The translations under genes and the position numbers were made by a program. From Octopus vulgaris (Eukaryota), in contig OX597822.1 of the NCBI GenBank assembly GCA_951406725.2, positions 54,312,001 through 54,376,000 of the forward strand: a stretch of 64,000 bases of DNA, written 5' to 3'. The notes under the pieces were generated by a model. The model searched no databases, had not been told where the DNA came from, and was given only the letters and a program-made list of their open reading frames with translations. This document shows positions 24,936 through 37,190 of the stretch, one piece after another. Position 1 is the first letter of the stretch. Every line of letters starts with the position of its first letter.

Positions 24936-26010
24936 ATATATCTGACATATGCCAATAACAGACCCTTACCTTTCTGTACAACAGGTTCATTAATTTGAAT
25001 TGAGAACTTTCTTGATTTCAACTTTTCAATAAATTATTTTTCAATAAGTCGCCTCTTGTCATCTATTCTGTTGCTGTGTGTACAATTGCTTTAATGGCAT
25101 TATTTGAACAGTTTTGTCATCCTTTATTGAACTGTTTTGAGAAAAACAGATACAGCAGGTTTAAGTAGCTCTTCCTTAATATTATGATTAATTTAATATT
25201 TTGCTACCCGTAAAGAAATTTCATAGCTTGTTTCAAAAATACGGTATCAGATCTCTAATTTTCACAGCGGATGATAAAGTGATTTTCTGAAAACCTCTAT
25301 TTAAACTTGTCTTTCAGAGACTTAAAATATTTCAATTTCGAATTTCAATGGTTAGGATTAACCTCCAGGTGAGCTTCAAGAAGACCAAATTCCATTTATT
25401 CATTTGATAAAGCTTATTATTATCATGTTAAGCTGAATGATATACATTCATCGAGTACAGCAGGTATAAATTCAAGCTTCAAGAATTAAAATGAATATTG
25501 GCGAACATCTTGCTTTCTTGTTCTGCTCATTTGCTTTTATAATGAAATGCATATATGGATAAAAACCGAACAATGCTCATCTTTGGTCGTTTAACGTATT
25601 TCTTTCCATGCACATGAAGGTATCTGAGGCAGGATTGATACGATTGGATACTCCCCCTGTTATCAAAACTCAGCTGCTTTTCAAGAAAGGGATTTTTTAT
25701 TTCAGAAGAATTTGTAAGCACAGAGTTATTAGACAGTTTGAGTGCTCACAGAAAATATCAACAAATGTCACCGATTAGTAGCGTAGCTAAAAACGTTGAC
25801 ATTTGCGGCCGTAGCTCAGCACAGATTGTAAACACACAGACCGGTGTGCATATACACATACATACATACATACATACATACATACATACATACATACATA
25901 CATACATACATACATACATACATACGTACGTACGTACGTACATACATACATACATACATACATACATACATACATACATACATACATACATACGTACGTA
26001 CGTACGTACG

Positions 26011-26539
26011 TACCAGGTCTTATCAAAAACTATCGTGACTTGGTTTGGTAACGGAACTAAAGTGCGCAGAATGAAGCCGCTTGGTACAGACTGACCAATT
26101 TATAACCTTCTCACTCGTATCCGTTGTTTATAGCAGTGTTGGAAATGTGGTCGTCTTAAAAAGAAGATCGGGTTCCAGTTGCATAGGATCTCATCAATTG
26201 TGCTGGGAAAGACGAAAAGACTTTGAAAACAGTCATAACAAGGTGAGTAATCAGGGGTCCTATGGTTATGACTCCGAAACCAAGATTTGAAATGAGTTCC
26301 ATTTGAAAGGAACAAAATTTCAAGACAGAGAAATCCAAGAGAATGCAATGCAGCAGCTGCTCGCTGTCCCTACCCACAAAGGAGTCCGAGGAATGCTTCC
26401 ATCAATGGGAACGGTGCTGGATAAAGTGTGTGGCTTCAGAAATGGACTGCTTTGAAGAAGATTAAATGCCGATTGGATATGCGTTGTTGTAATTTTCTTT
26501 TTATAGCAGTATTCTCATAAATTTTTATCAGACCTCGTA
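26011..26539 (+). mobile_element. Degenerate mariner remnant
   Basis: YGYDSETK motif, C-terminal CFHQWERCWIKCV..G/D-FEED-like end; TACCAGGTCTTATCAAAAA / TTTTTATCAGACCTCGTA termini. Confidence 0.6.
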
Positions 26540-26618
26540 TTATACATACATACATACATGCATACATACATGCAAGCATACATACATACATACATACATA
26601 CATACATACATACATACA

Positions 26619-26649
<31 letters not shown>

Positions 26650-26704
26650 GTGTGTGTGTGTGTATGTATGTATGTACGTATATGACGGTCTTCTTTCGGT
26701 TTCT

Positions 26705-26933
26705 TATTTCTTTATTACCCACAAGGGGCTAAACATAGAGGGGACAAACAAGGACAGACAAAGGGATTAAGTCGATTACATTGACCTCAGTGTGTAACTG
26801 GTACTTAATTTATCGACCCCGAAATGATGAAAGGCAAAGTCGACCTCGGCGGAATTTGAACTCAGAACGTAGCCGCAGACGAAATACCGCTAAGCATTTC
26901 GCCCAGCTTGCTAACGTTTCTGCCAGCTCGCCT
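26705..26933 (-). mobile_element. SINE family B
   Basis: Reverse copy; similar copies at 34195-34350(+), 39920-40152(-), 54590-54775(-) and 55375-55590(-). Confidence 0.8.
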
Positions 26934-27297
26934 CTGCTTACCAAATTCCTCTTGCAAGTAATTGGCTTGTCCAGGACTACATTTGCAGTTATCTACCAAA
27001 GATTTTGCGAGTACGTTTAGTGATCACCAAGAATGACTAAGATACCTTCTGTCTTTTTAAAATTGTTAGTCAACAAAAACAAACTAGTTAAGATAGACAC
27101 AGTAGTTACAATGAAATTAAACACTTACATAAATATTCTATCAATGGCTTCAGCACCATTTACCATCGATTAAAATTCACGGAAAGCGAGGTTAACAAAA
27201 ATATTTTCATCGTAAAGAACATCTTTCTGTCTGTTTGTGTTTATCTTCTGTTACGGTTACCATATAAAAGTTTGAAAATAATTCAGAAATGAGCCCC

Positions 27298-27523
27298 ATA
27301 TGGCGGAGTGGTTACTGCAGCGAGTGTCATTGGCCATTCTCCGCGGCAACGCCATCGCGGTCATTTTCGCAGGGCGTGGCCGAGCATCCCACTTGTTCTG
27401 GGGTATGTGGCCCGTTGCACCCTCCCCTCCATCTTCTGCTGCTTTACCCCTTTTTTCTTTCTTTGTTTTCCTTTCTACTTTCTCTTTCCCTCTGTTTATT
27501 TGTATTTAATTGTTATAAAGAAA
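27298..27523 (+). mobile_element. 3' fragment of a CRE-like (REL) non-LTR element
   Basis: WLLQRVSLAILRGNAIAV resembles the QRxSxAxxRGNA C-terminus; GC-rich insert followed by a pyrimidine-rich UTR. Confidence 0.55.
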
Positions 27524-27758
27524 CGTCTTGCCCGTTAAGATATAATTAAAATTACATTAAAAATCAAAACTCTGGAAAATTGCAAGAGAGTAACCTAAAA
27601 AATGTAAAAATTACGAGAATTTTTTGTTTGCTTTTGTTATTAAATTATATTTCTACCCCGTTAAAACATTATCAAACCCTACCGATAGGTTTTCGCTCCA
27701 CTGTGAGAGATTTTGATTAAGAATGTTTTCTAGGTATTTCTGAATTCCTTGTCCTTAC

Positions 27759-27896
27759 CATAACAAATTCCATATTGAAGTGCAGCTGCCAGTACAGCAG
27801 CCAATAGCTGTGATATCCAGTAGAAAGGTAGCCTCTTCCAAGAAGTCTTTTTTCCCAAACAACAGGCAAGAGTTACAGCTGGGTTGAGATGTCCAC
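27759..27896 (-). CDS. Aquaglyceroporin exon 3 (first NPA box)
   Basis: ctag|(G)GHLNPAVTLACCLGKKTSWKRLPFYWISQLLAAVLAAALQYGICY-D|gtaagg; 138 nt; MIP signature SGGHLNPAVT. Confidence 0.95.
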
Positions 27897-28069
27897 CTAG
27901 ATTAAGTAAATTATTTCATTTTATCAGTGTTTTATTGATTGGAACGCAGACATTAATATGAAAGAAAGAGGTAAAACCTTCGATGATATTTCTATTGATA
28001 TCTAGGATGTTTTATAGGAATATTAAATCAATCGAATATTTGTCAAAGATTTTATTGTCTATCTATCTG

Positions 28070-28203
28070 TTATTCTTTAACAACAATAGCATTGACTGTG
28101 ACTTCGAAATTTCGGCAAACTAAGCCACCATCAGACAGTCCAATTATGGCTTAGCGGGTCGAATCTTCGAAGTTACTATCAACACTATTCTTGTTAAAGA
28201 ATA
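28070..28203. repeat. ~135-bp hairpin/MITE-like element
   Basis: TTATTCTTTAACAA..TTCGAA..CTAAGCCA pairs with TGGCTTAG..TTCGAA..TTGTTAAAGAATAA. Confidence 0.65.
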
Positions 28204-28304
28204 ATACATTTACACCTTACAAAAAGTATTCAGTAATCTTTTATTTTACCTTAAATTGTTTTTATTATCACGTAACATAATATATATATATATATATATA
28301 CACA

Positions 28305-28355
<51 letters not shown>

Positions 28356-28571
28356 CAATAATATATCTCTGAGCGAGAAATAAACAGTAGCAGCACAGAA
28401 TCGTGAAGTATATTTGCCACCTAAATGTGGCGCACCCATAAGGGACGATAATATTGTTGTTTTTACAGTCCCATGAAGATATCTTCTCCAGCTGGCTAAC
28501 GACACATTATCTGTGTCCGATTAGTATTTGCAAAGGGAAATCATCGTTCCCATGTCTAGCCTTACGTGATG

Positions 28572-28616
28572 CACACAGACCTGAGTTTCTGAGTAGTAGC
28601 CCGTCATCAGTGTGTG
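28572..28616 (-). ncRNA. Type I hammerhead ribozyme (sense to the aquaporin pre-mRNA, intron 2)
   Basis: Reverse complement: CACACA-CTGATGA-cgggctactactca-GAAAC-TCAG-GTC-TGTGTG; perfect helix I, weak helix II. Confidence 0.7.
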
Positions 28617-28770
28617 ATAATCCCCAGCTACTGATGAAACTTCATTCAAACGCAAAATACTTTATTATTGCGTGTTTCTCCTTTTTCGAAATCAGCGACA
28701 GTTTGTCACCAGAAAAAGCATATAGTATTTTTGCGTTTGGAATGAGTTCTTATCGCTAGCTAGTGATTAT

Positions 28771-28814
28771 CACACACTGATGACAGATTATAATCAGAAA
28801 CCCGGGTCTATGTG
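28771..28814 (+). ncRNA. Type I hammerhead ribozyme
   Basis: CACACA-CTGATGA-ca-GATT(at)AATC-a-GAAAC-CCGG-GTC-TATGTG; palindromic helix III ACCCGGGT; one helix I mismatch. Confidence 0.75.
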
Positions 28815-29002
28815 TATCACGTAAGGCTAGAGATGTGAACGATGATTTCCCTTCGCAAATACTAAACGAACAGAGACAGTGTGTTGTGAGCCAGCCGGAG
28901 GAAATGTCTTCCTGGGGCTCTAAACAACAGTAGTATCGTCCCCTATGGGTTCGCCACATTTAAGTGGCAAATGTACTTCACGATACATATATATATACAA
29001 AT

Positions 29003-29035
<33 letters not shown>

Positions 29036-29037
29036 GT

Positions 29038-29172
<135 letters not shown>

Positions 29173-29176
29173 TATA

Positions 29177-29246
<70 letters not shown>

Positions 29247-30976
29247 AAGAATGATATATACATACCTACATAGACACACTCACACACACACACATGCACA
29301 CACATGGAGTACATTAGCACGAAACTGATAGTAGATTATAGCAGAATCAAAACTTTTCTGTCATATTCATTGCCTTTTATATCAATTTATTCTTTTGGGT
29401 GTGATCCGTTTCGCGAGAAGAAACTACAGCCAATCAAATCTACCAACGAATATTACTGGTGTTTTTCGTATCGATTATGGATAGTTGAAATTCAAAATCG
29501 ATTCCAGCGGAATTTTAACTCAGAACCGAAAGAGACTAGATTATTTACTGGCATACTCAAAGATCTAGCACTCTACTTCTGCTATCTACGAAGAACACTA
29601 TTATATTCAAAAGATTTTGATTCATGTTGCTTTGTCTTACTTTCAAAATTATACCTGTTGTTTGATATGTACCAGGCAGTTTATAGTTAATTGCAGTTTG
29701 ATACAGAATGGAAAGTTTGCTAACAACAATAGTTTCATTCATTTCTGCAGGAAAAAGATGTATTTAAAAGGGAACAAAGACATAAAACTATGGGTAGAAT
29801 TTCTCTTTGTTTGGGATTAGTTTGTGTAACTAGTCTTTCTTACTGTCATCAAGAACTTTTCCTGAATGATAAAGCATTGTTTTCAGAGAACAATATCTAA
29901 GAATTATACATGTCAAAATAAGATTGTATGATGTTCGTGCTGTCTTCAACGGAATTATAACGACATTGGTGAAAGGATATAAATACGAGAAAGGAACTAA
30001 ATTACATACCTGACACAATGGTAGCTTATGACTACACTGACACTATTTGAAATTCTTTACTTTTGCATAATGACACAAAAATATAGAGAAAGTGAAATAA
30101 ATCGCATGGATTTCAGGTTTTTTGCCAAGACATAAGTAACATGAATAAACATATGTTAAATGAGAATCGAAGTTGGTTCATGGACTTACCTACTTTAAAT
30201 AAAATTTCACTCTAAAATGCTTCTCGGAAAAGTTTGTCAACTTAATTTGCCGTGAATAGTGAAGAACCTAACAGTTTGGTTATTCACACTACGACAGATT
30301 ACCCAGAAGTTAGAAAGCGTGTTGTTGACTGTTAATGCTACAATCCACTTCACCGTTTCCTCAGATTTTAGATTTTAAACTTATTCTAAGCAGTGGAATA
30401 CGTTACTCAATATTGTGAGTTCAATTCTCTCAAAAATCGATATATTCTTTCTTCCTCCTGGGTCAGTAGATTTAATACCAGTTACGTACCATAGTTGATT
30501 AAAAACCGCTATTATTCTACTCTTTTATAACTAACAGGTCACGACAAGTCAAGGCAAAAATGAGGTTTCAATTCTTAATCGAGGCCACGAAGCTAATGAT
30601 TAGTTTCTAAGGTAAAAGCTCAGCATTACGGCACTACGTGGACAAGTGCTGACTCAATAGAAACATTATTGCTGTATCTACGGTTGCTATGAAAATTACG
30701 TATTTAGTTTTGCTAAAATATTTATTTTGTATTACTATGAAATTTGCATAGTTTGCCTACCTATGATATTTATATATTTAGTTTTGTTATGATATTTGTG
30801 CATTTAGTATTGGTATGAATGTTCTAAATTTTTCTGGTTTTTTTTTCCTTATAGTATTTGTGTAATGCCATGTTGCCTTCCAGCTGAAAAACGCGATTAC
30901 TGCATTACCTCGACTCAACTAGATTTCTTTTCCCCTCAAGACAGCCTAAATTACTTGAGTACAGGTACAATATAGG

Positions 30977-31049
<73 letters not shown>

Positions 31050-31150
31050 CCAGAGTAAGCACATAAATGTGAAACAAGGTGGAAAAAATAGTACTCGAAT
31101 ACCGGAGGTAGAGTAATATGCTTCATTAATAAAACTTCAAAGACATCACA

Positions 31151-31196
31151 AAAACTGTTACTCAGAGTTTCATGTTCCCCTTCGTCGGACAGTTTT
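31151..31196 (-). ncRNA. Hammerhead-like motif with CCGACGA core
   Basis: Reverse complement: AAAACTGT-CCGACGA-aggggaacat-GAAAC-TCTGA-GTA-ACAGTTTT; 8-bp helix I, U4C core, decayed helix II. Confidence 0.55.
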
Positions 31197-31246
31197 GGTT
31201 GAAAATGGAACAAAAATAAAGTTATATTTATATTTATAAGTATAGA

Positions 31247-31613
31247 ATTACGTTGATAGATACGCATTTGAAATTGGTTTTGTTTCATTGGTCCTTTTCA
31301 ATTAATGATCTTTTCAATAACCGGTTATATGAAATTGAATTTACGTTTTAAAATCATATTAATTAAAATCAAAGAAAATCTTAAATCAAAAATTAGTTTT
31401 AGTAGAAGGAAAAAATCTTGTATAATTTGTCCTGGGTATACAAGATTTTTTCCTTCTACTAAAGCTAATTTTTGATTTAAGGTTTTCTTCGATTTAAAAA
31501 AATATAATTTTAAATCGTAATTTTAATTTCATATAATAGGTTACTGAAAAGACAGTCAGTTGAAAAAGAACAATGAAACAAAACAATTTCAAATGTGTAT
31601 CAATCAAAGTAAT
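31247..31613. repeat. Imperfect ~365-bp palindrome
   Basis: Centre TAGTAGAAGGAAAAAATCTTGTATA(atttgtcctggg)TATACAAGATTTTTTCCTTCTACTA; pairing extends to ATTAC..GATACGCATTTGAAATTG / CAATTTCAAATGTGTATC..GTAAT. Confidence 0.75.
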
Positions 31614-31972
31614 ATCCCCGATGTAATGAAATTTAAGACAAAATTAGTGGGCTTCAAGTCAGATTGTAGATGTAGGGTGTCTAAATACTTAAGATATTTG
31701 TTTCGACGCTTGACCGTTTCTGATAATTTGCTCCTTATTACTACAATTAAATAATAGCTCATTAGGACATCTCATTACATAGAATATTAGGTCAGCTTGT
31801 TAAGAAAATTCATCAGGGCAACTCATTAAAGTCATTCAATAGACCTGATTGATAAATACAGTTTAGTAGGTCAGTATCATTAGGCTATCTCATTAGAAAA
31901 TTCCTTTAAGACAGCTCATTAAGACAACCTATTGATTTGTTAAAATTTGACTTTAAAAAAATAATAAATTAC

Positions 31973-32093
31973 CTGAAACTCCTCCTGATATATAAATGCC
32001 GACCATTAAACCAATTCCAGACGCTAAATTTGCCTGGAGAGTATTCGGATTGTTACTGAAGGTGTTTTGTGCAGAAGATCCCATAACAAATGA
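31973..32093 (-). CDS. Aquaglyceroporin exon 2
   Basis: ttacag|SFVMGSSAQNTFSNNPNTLQANLASGIGLMVGIYISGGVS-G|gtaatt; 121 nt; TM2 and the SG preceding the first NPA; phase consistent with neighbouring exons. Confidence 0.92.
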
Positions 32094-32709
32094 CTGTAAG
32101 TAGTAACAGAAAAACATTATAATTTTTTCTTTAATAAGGGTCACACACAAAACAAAAAAACAACGATACAATGTAATGGGATTTACTAGTAGTGTGTGTA
32201 AACATTAAAAAAAAGCAATAACAATTAGCAATAAACAATTCAAACAACAGGGGAAGCTCTACCCAAGGGCAACCAAGGAACCTACTCATCCTGGACAACC
32301 CAAACGCTAAGGGCAATTCGGGCGGGTAACTCGGACGGGTTACAAGGACGGATACCTCTTTACTCTCCATTTCCACTGGCCTACAGGCGAATACTCAGAG
32401 TAGGCCCATTTACACGAGTCATCCTCGGCAAATTCACCTACCGTTCAACAAAAATACAGGGGGATCAGCACTTCCCTCTCCACCTTCACTTTCCTTTTCA
32501 AGTTGAATTTGAAAAAGTTGATGAGACCTTGACTGAAGAGGAAAGTGTCTGCCACTAAGGGACATGCTTAACTGGTTAAGGTCAAACAACTCACAAGCAA
32601 ATCTATAGTATTGAGCAGAATATTTGTTGTATGATAACACTTCCAATCAGATAAGATCAGAAGCCATGAGAGCCAGTGCCTAGTACTGCATCAGGGCATT
32701 TACTATTAC

Positions 32710-32767
<58 letters not shown>

Positions 32768-32783
32768 GTTGTTGTTGTTGTTG

Positions 32784-32857
<74 letters not shown>

Positions 32858-32859
32858 GA

Positions 32860-33406
32860 GAGCAGTGCATGCCATCAAAGTGACACTGGGGTAAAATATA
32901 CGAAGCCCAGTATACCCATCATGACTACCCGCCTGATAAGGGTACGCCAGGCACATGCATCACAACCACATGTGCGCGACATGGTGATCTCATATCAAGA
33001 TAAGCAGCGCATGACCTTGCAGGTGGGGCCCTGTAGAATTTTCTTCTGGTCGAGTAACCCGTCACGCTCTAAAGGTCCCTGAATAAGGGTTGTTTAAGGA
33101 TGTTGAACGAAACACCCATGTTTCCAGAGGTGAATTATTCAAACCCCAAAGAATCCCTCTCAACACATGGCTATGATGCTCCCCCACTACTTCTGCTCGT
33201 GATCAGAGATGCACATATCGTCAGCCACTAAGGGACATTGTCAATTGGTTAAGGTCAAACAACTGACAAGCAAATCTTTGGTATTGAGCAGAATATTTGC
33301 TGTAGCCCATCTTTTGTACCAATACAAAACAACGTACATGATAACACTTCCAATCAGTTAAGATCAGAAGCCATGAGAGCCAAGGCCTGGTACTGCATCA
33401 GGGCAT
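32860..33406 (+). repeat. ~550-bp interspersed repeat flanked by (TTA)n
   Basis: Reverse copies at 54820-55360 and 55830-56245, and a partial copy at 32548-32698; all abut (TAA)n or (CAA)n. Confidence 0.75.
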
Positions 33407-33463
33407 TTATTATTATTATTATTATTATTATCATCATCATTATTATTATTATTATTATTATTA

Positions 33464-33552
<89 letters not shown>

Positions 33553-33639
33553 TTTCCTCTTCTTTCAAATTTGCTTCCATTTCTTGCCGAGTGTCTTCCC
33601 GACTCCTAGGGCAAAGAAACTCATAGTATACATTGGTAG

Positions 33640-34095
33640 GCCATTAAACTAAACTCACTAGTTCGTTCATTTAAAAAATTTTTTTTAAAGTTAAATTAAA
33701 ATATATGGGTAGTAATAGTTCTCACATCGACAATGCTCTTCTCAATACGTGTGATGTACCTGTTAAGACAATATTTTGCACTTCTTGCAGGGATGGTAAG
33801 CCAGGGATCATTCTCATATAATTTTCGGTTCCCTTCTTGATTATTCCTAGTGCTCCTACGATCACTGGTATTGTAACTGCCTTGAGATGCCACATTTTCT
33901 CAATTTCAATGAGCAGGTCTTTATATTTTCTGAGCTTGTCAAACTCTTTCGCCGAGATATTATGATCACAGGGGATGCTCATGTCGATCAATAAGCAAAC
34001 TTTATTGTTTTGGTCTTTCATGTCGATCAATAAGCAAACTTTATTGTTTTGGTCTTTCATGTCGATCAATAAGCAAACTTTATTGTTTTGGTCTT

Positions 34096-34099
<4 letters not shown>
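33640..34099 (-). mobile_element. 5'-truncated Dong/R4-like LINE (endonuclease end)
   Basis: CLLIDMSIPCDHNISAKEFDKLRKYKDL..EIEKMW..IPVIVGALG; between (TTA)n tracts. Confidence 0.85.
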
Positions 34100-34175
<76 letters not shown>

Positions 34176-34798
34176 ATTATTATTATTATTAAAAAGACGG
34201 TGAGCTGTTAGAATAGTTAGCACACCGAGGTCAACTTTGCCTTCATCCTTTCGGGGTCGATAAATCAAGTACCAGTGAAACACTGGGGTTGATGTAATCA
34301 ACTAGTTTCCTTCCCCCAACTTTCAGGCCTTGTGCCTTTAGTAGAAAGGACTATTGTTTCTATTACCATTAAAGAGTTGGTGGTGGAGTGAAATAAATTA
34401 AAGCGGGTACTAGTTACCAAGTAAGAAGAAGCGATTAGAAAATGTATCGCGACCAACATGCTAGCAGGAAGAATAGTCCTTAACTATTTCTTTAACGTGA
34501 AACCCAAATGCTGTTGTCTCTGTTCGGGCTCGTGAGCCAAGAAAGATTCTTTAGATTTAAAGAGACGTGTTGTTATCACACCCCAGACAACGTTACTACT
34601 ACCTAAATTAGAACGTAATAGCTTTTTAACATCATATTTAACGACAGTAAGACAATGACAATAGCAAAAGCGAAAAAGAATGGTGGACCATCTTGAAACA
34701 TCGCTCTTTCACGATGGTTCAAATACCATTCAGAATTATCTCTAATCAATAATTCCCTGTTTGATTGCACCTGAGACAAAGCAACGTGGAATAACTTT

Positions 34799-34862
<64 letters not shown>

Positions 34863-34964
34863 GCATATATTTATATATGTATGTATGTATATATGTATAT
34901 ATGTATATATATATAATGTATTTCTGAATGTATGTATATATATATATATACACATACATCATAC

Positions 34965-35100
<136 letters not shown>

Positions 35101-35116
35101 GCATTCAGAAATACAT

Positions 35117-35251
<135 letters not shown>

Positions 35252-36131
35252 GTGTGGGTGTTTGGGTATGTATGTATATATGCACACATAGATATATACA
35301 AGAGTTGAGAAAGGAATATTTTTTACAATAAAGTAAACAAACAGAGTATGCGTTGCGCTACATGGATGTATCAAAGATTGAACAGACAGAACACAACAAG
35401 GGGGAAAAAAGTCAGATGAAAGTAGAGCAAACGGGAAACTTAGAAGAAAACTTAACGGACGGGGAATATAGACAAAGCCATGATACACGGAATATTCGCA
35501 GCTGAGTTTTCTTCGTCAGTCAGTGAACCAAAATATCATCGTAGTTGCACACCATTATCATTGAGACCACTTATTAAACGTTCTATGAAGTGAAACATTT
35601 CATCAAAAATGGAAGTAATTACAGTCTGTAGGCACTCTCATGGAACATAACTTATCTATTTTTCCCGTTTTAGAACGTTAGTTATTTAAGAATAGAAAGA
35701 ACAAAATATTCATAGAGTTTGCATACATTTTCCAGGGAATTCTACCTTGTAAAAATGTCTCATAGTAACCAATAATTTTTGTTTTAGGTACAAATACCTT
35801 CACCAATTGTTTTCCGATGTTCTTTGAGTAGTAGGCATTCATTTCAAACAGTTAATTTTTAGTAATGTTTCCTGGAATACTTTGAAAAGACTTGCTTCCA
35901 TCAAACATAATGAACTTTAAAAATTATAAATATTGAGGTTAATTAAAAAAAAGTGGGAAGCGAAACAACGATTAAACGACGGATGCTAATACCAAAACCT
36001 ATGGAACGACCATCAACATATCTCAAAAAATGCTTTTGAAAATTTATCCTTGTCCGTCAGAGATATATGGAAACCGCGCTCATTCTCTCTCTATCTTACA
36101 TACACCCACAGATAGACACATACACACGAAT

Positions 36132-36190
<59 letters not shown>

Positions 36191-36435
36191 ACACATTTAC
36201 CAAATTTAATATCTCTATCTTGTTTTAATAATTGGACTACAGCTAAGCTGGGACACCATCTTGAAGAGAATGGTTGAACAAACGACTCCAGTAAATATCT
36301 TTTAAGTGCAGTACTTATTCTATCGCTAGCTATAGGGACATATTCTATCGCTATGTTGCAGGGACAGAAAACCAACACCGAGTTGTCAAGCACCTGAAGG
36401 ACAATCACAAACAAAAATACACACACTCAAATATA

Positions 36436-36519
<84 letters not shown>

Positions 36520-36623
36520 ATAAAATTAAATATATATATACACGTATACATATACATTACATATATATATATATATATATATATATAACATAAAGTTATA
36601 TATATACACGCATACATTTACAT

Positions 36624-36669
<46 letters not shown>

Positions 36670-37069
36670 CGTTTGTGTATATGCGTGTATAATCTACGTG
36701 TACTTATATGTATAAATATGTGTATGTGTATATGAATATATACACACACACACAAGCATATGTATACAGAAACCCATATATATATATATATATGCTTGTG
36801 TGTGTGTGTATATATATATTCATATACACATACACATATTTATACATATAAGTCTATATATATACATATATATATATATGTATGTATGTATGTATATATA
36901 TATATATATATATATACACAAACATGCACATACACACATACACACTCATTCACATATGTGTGTGTGTATTAAAAGAATAAGTATTTTGTCAGTATCAAAA
37001 TACTTATTGTTTTGCACAAATTCAAAAATTCTAGAACAGGCAAGGAATATTTGTGGAATGATTACTTAC

Positions 37070-37147
37070 CCCAAATACGAATGTCCCAAGGAACTCTGCT
37101 AGAACACCTCGCAACGTTTCGCTGTGAATGTGGTGGCACCTTACCAT
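37070..37147 (-). CDS. Aquaglyceroporin (AQP3/7/9/10-like), coding exon 1
   Basis: Reverse complement reads ATG..MVRCHHIHSETLRGVLAEFLGTFVFG (MIP TM1 AEFLGT motif), 78 nt, followed by a GTAAGT donor. AAAATG start context, with an in-frame TAA 8 codons upstream. This frame is not in the ORF track. Confidence 0.9.
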
Positions 37148-37180
37148 TTTGACGGCAGAAGGAGAAAGTTACGATGAATC

Positions 37181-37190
37181 TTTTATAGCC
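37181..37190 (-). promoter_or_regulatory. Possible TATA box (GGCTATAAAAG)
   Basis: TATAAAA 34-40 nt upstream of the ATG; would imply a very short 5' UTR. Confidence 0.2.

Larger units (their letters stand above)
28400..28984. mobile_element. Inverted pair of hammerhead-bearing repeats
   Basis: Imperfect ~220-bp inverted arms (28400-28622 / 28765-28984) between (CA)n and (TA)n; a solo homologue lies at 60900-61150. Confidence 0.7.

Noticed and set aside
24960-25720. Possible hAT-like transposase remnant on the minus strand
   Set aside because: Too decayed to show a convincing motif by eye; needs a translated search.
33980-34099. CRISPR-like direct repeats
   Set aside because: No spacers, eukaryotic context, and the unit is part of a LINE ORF.
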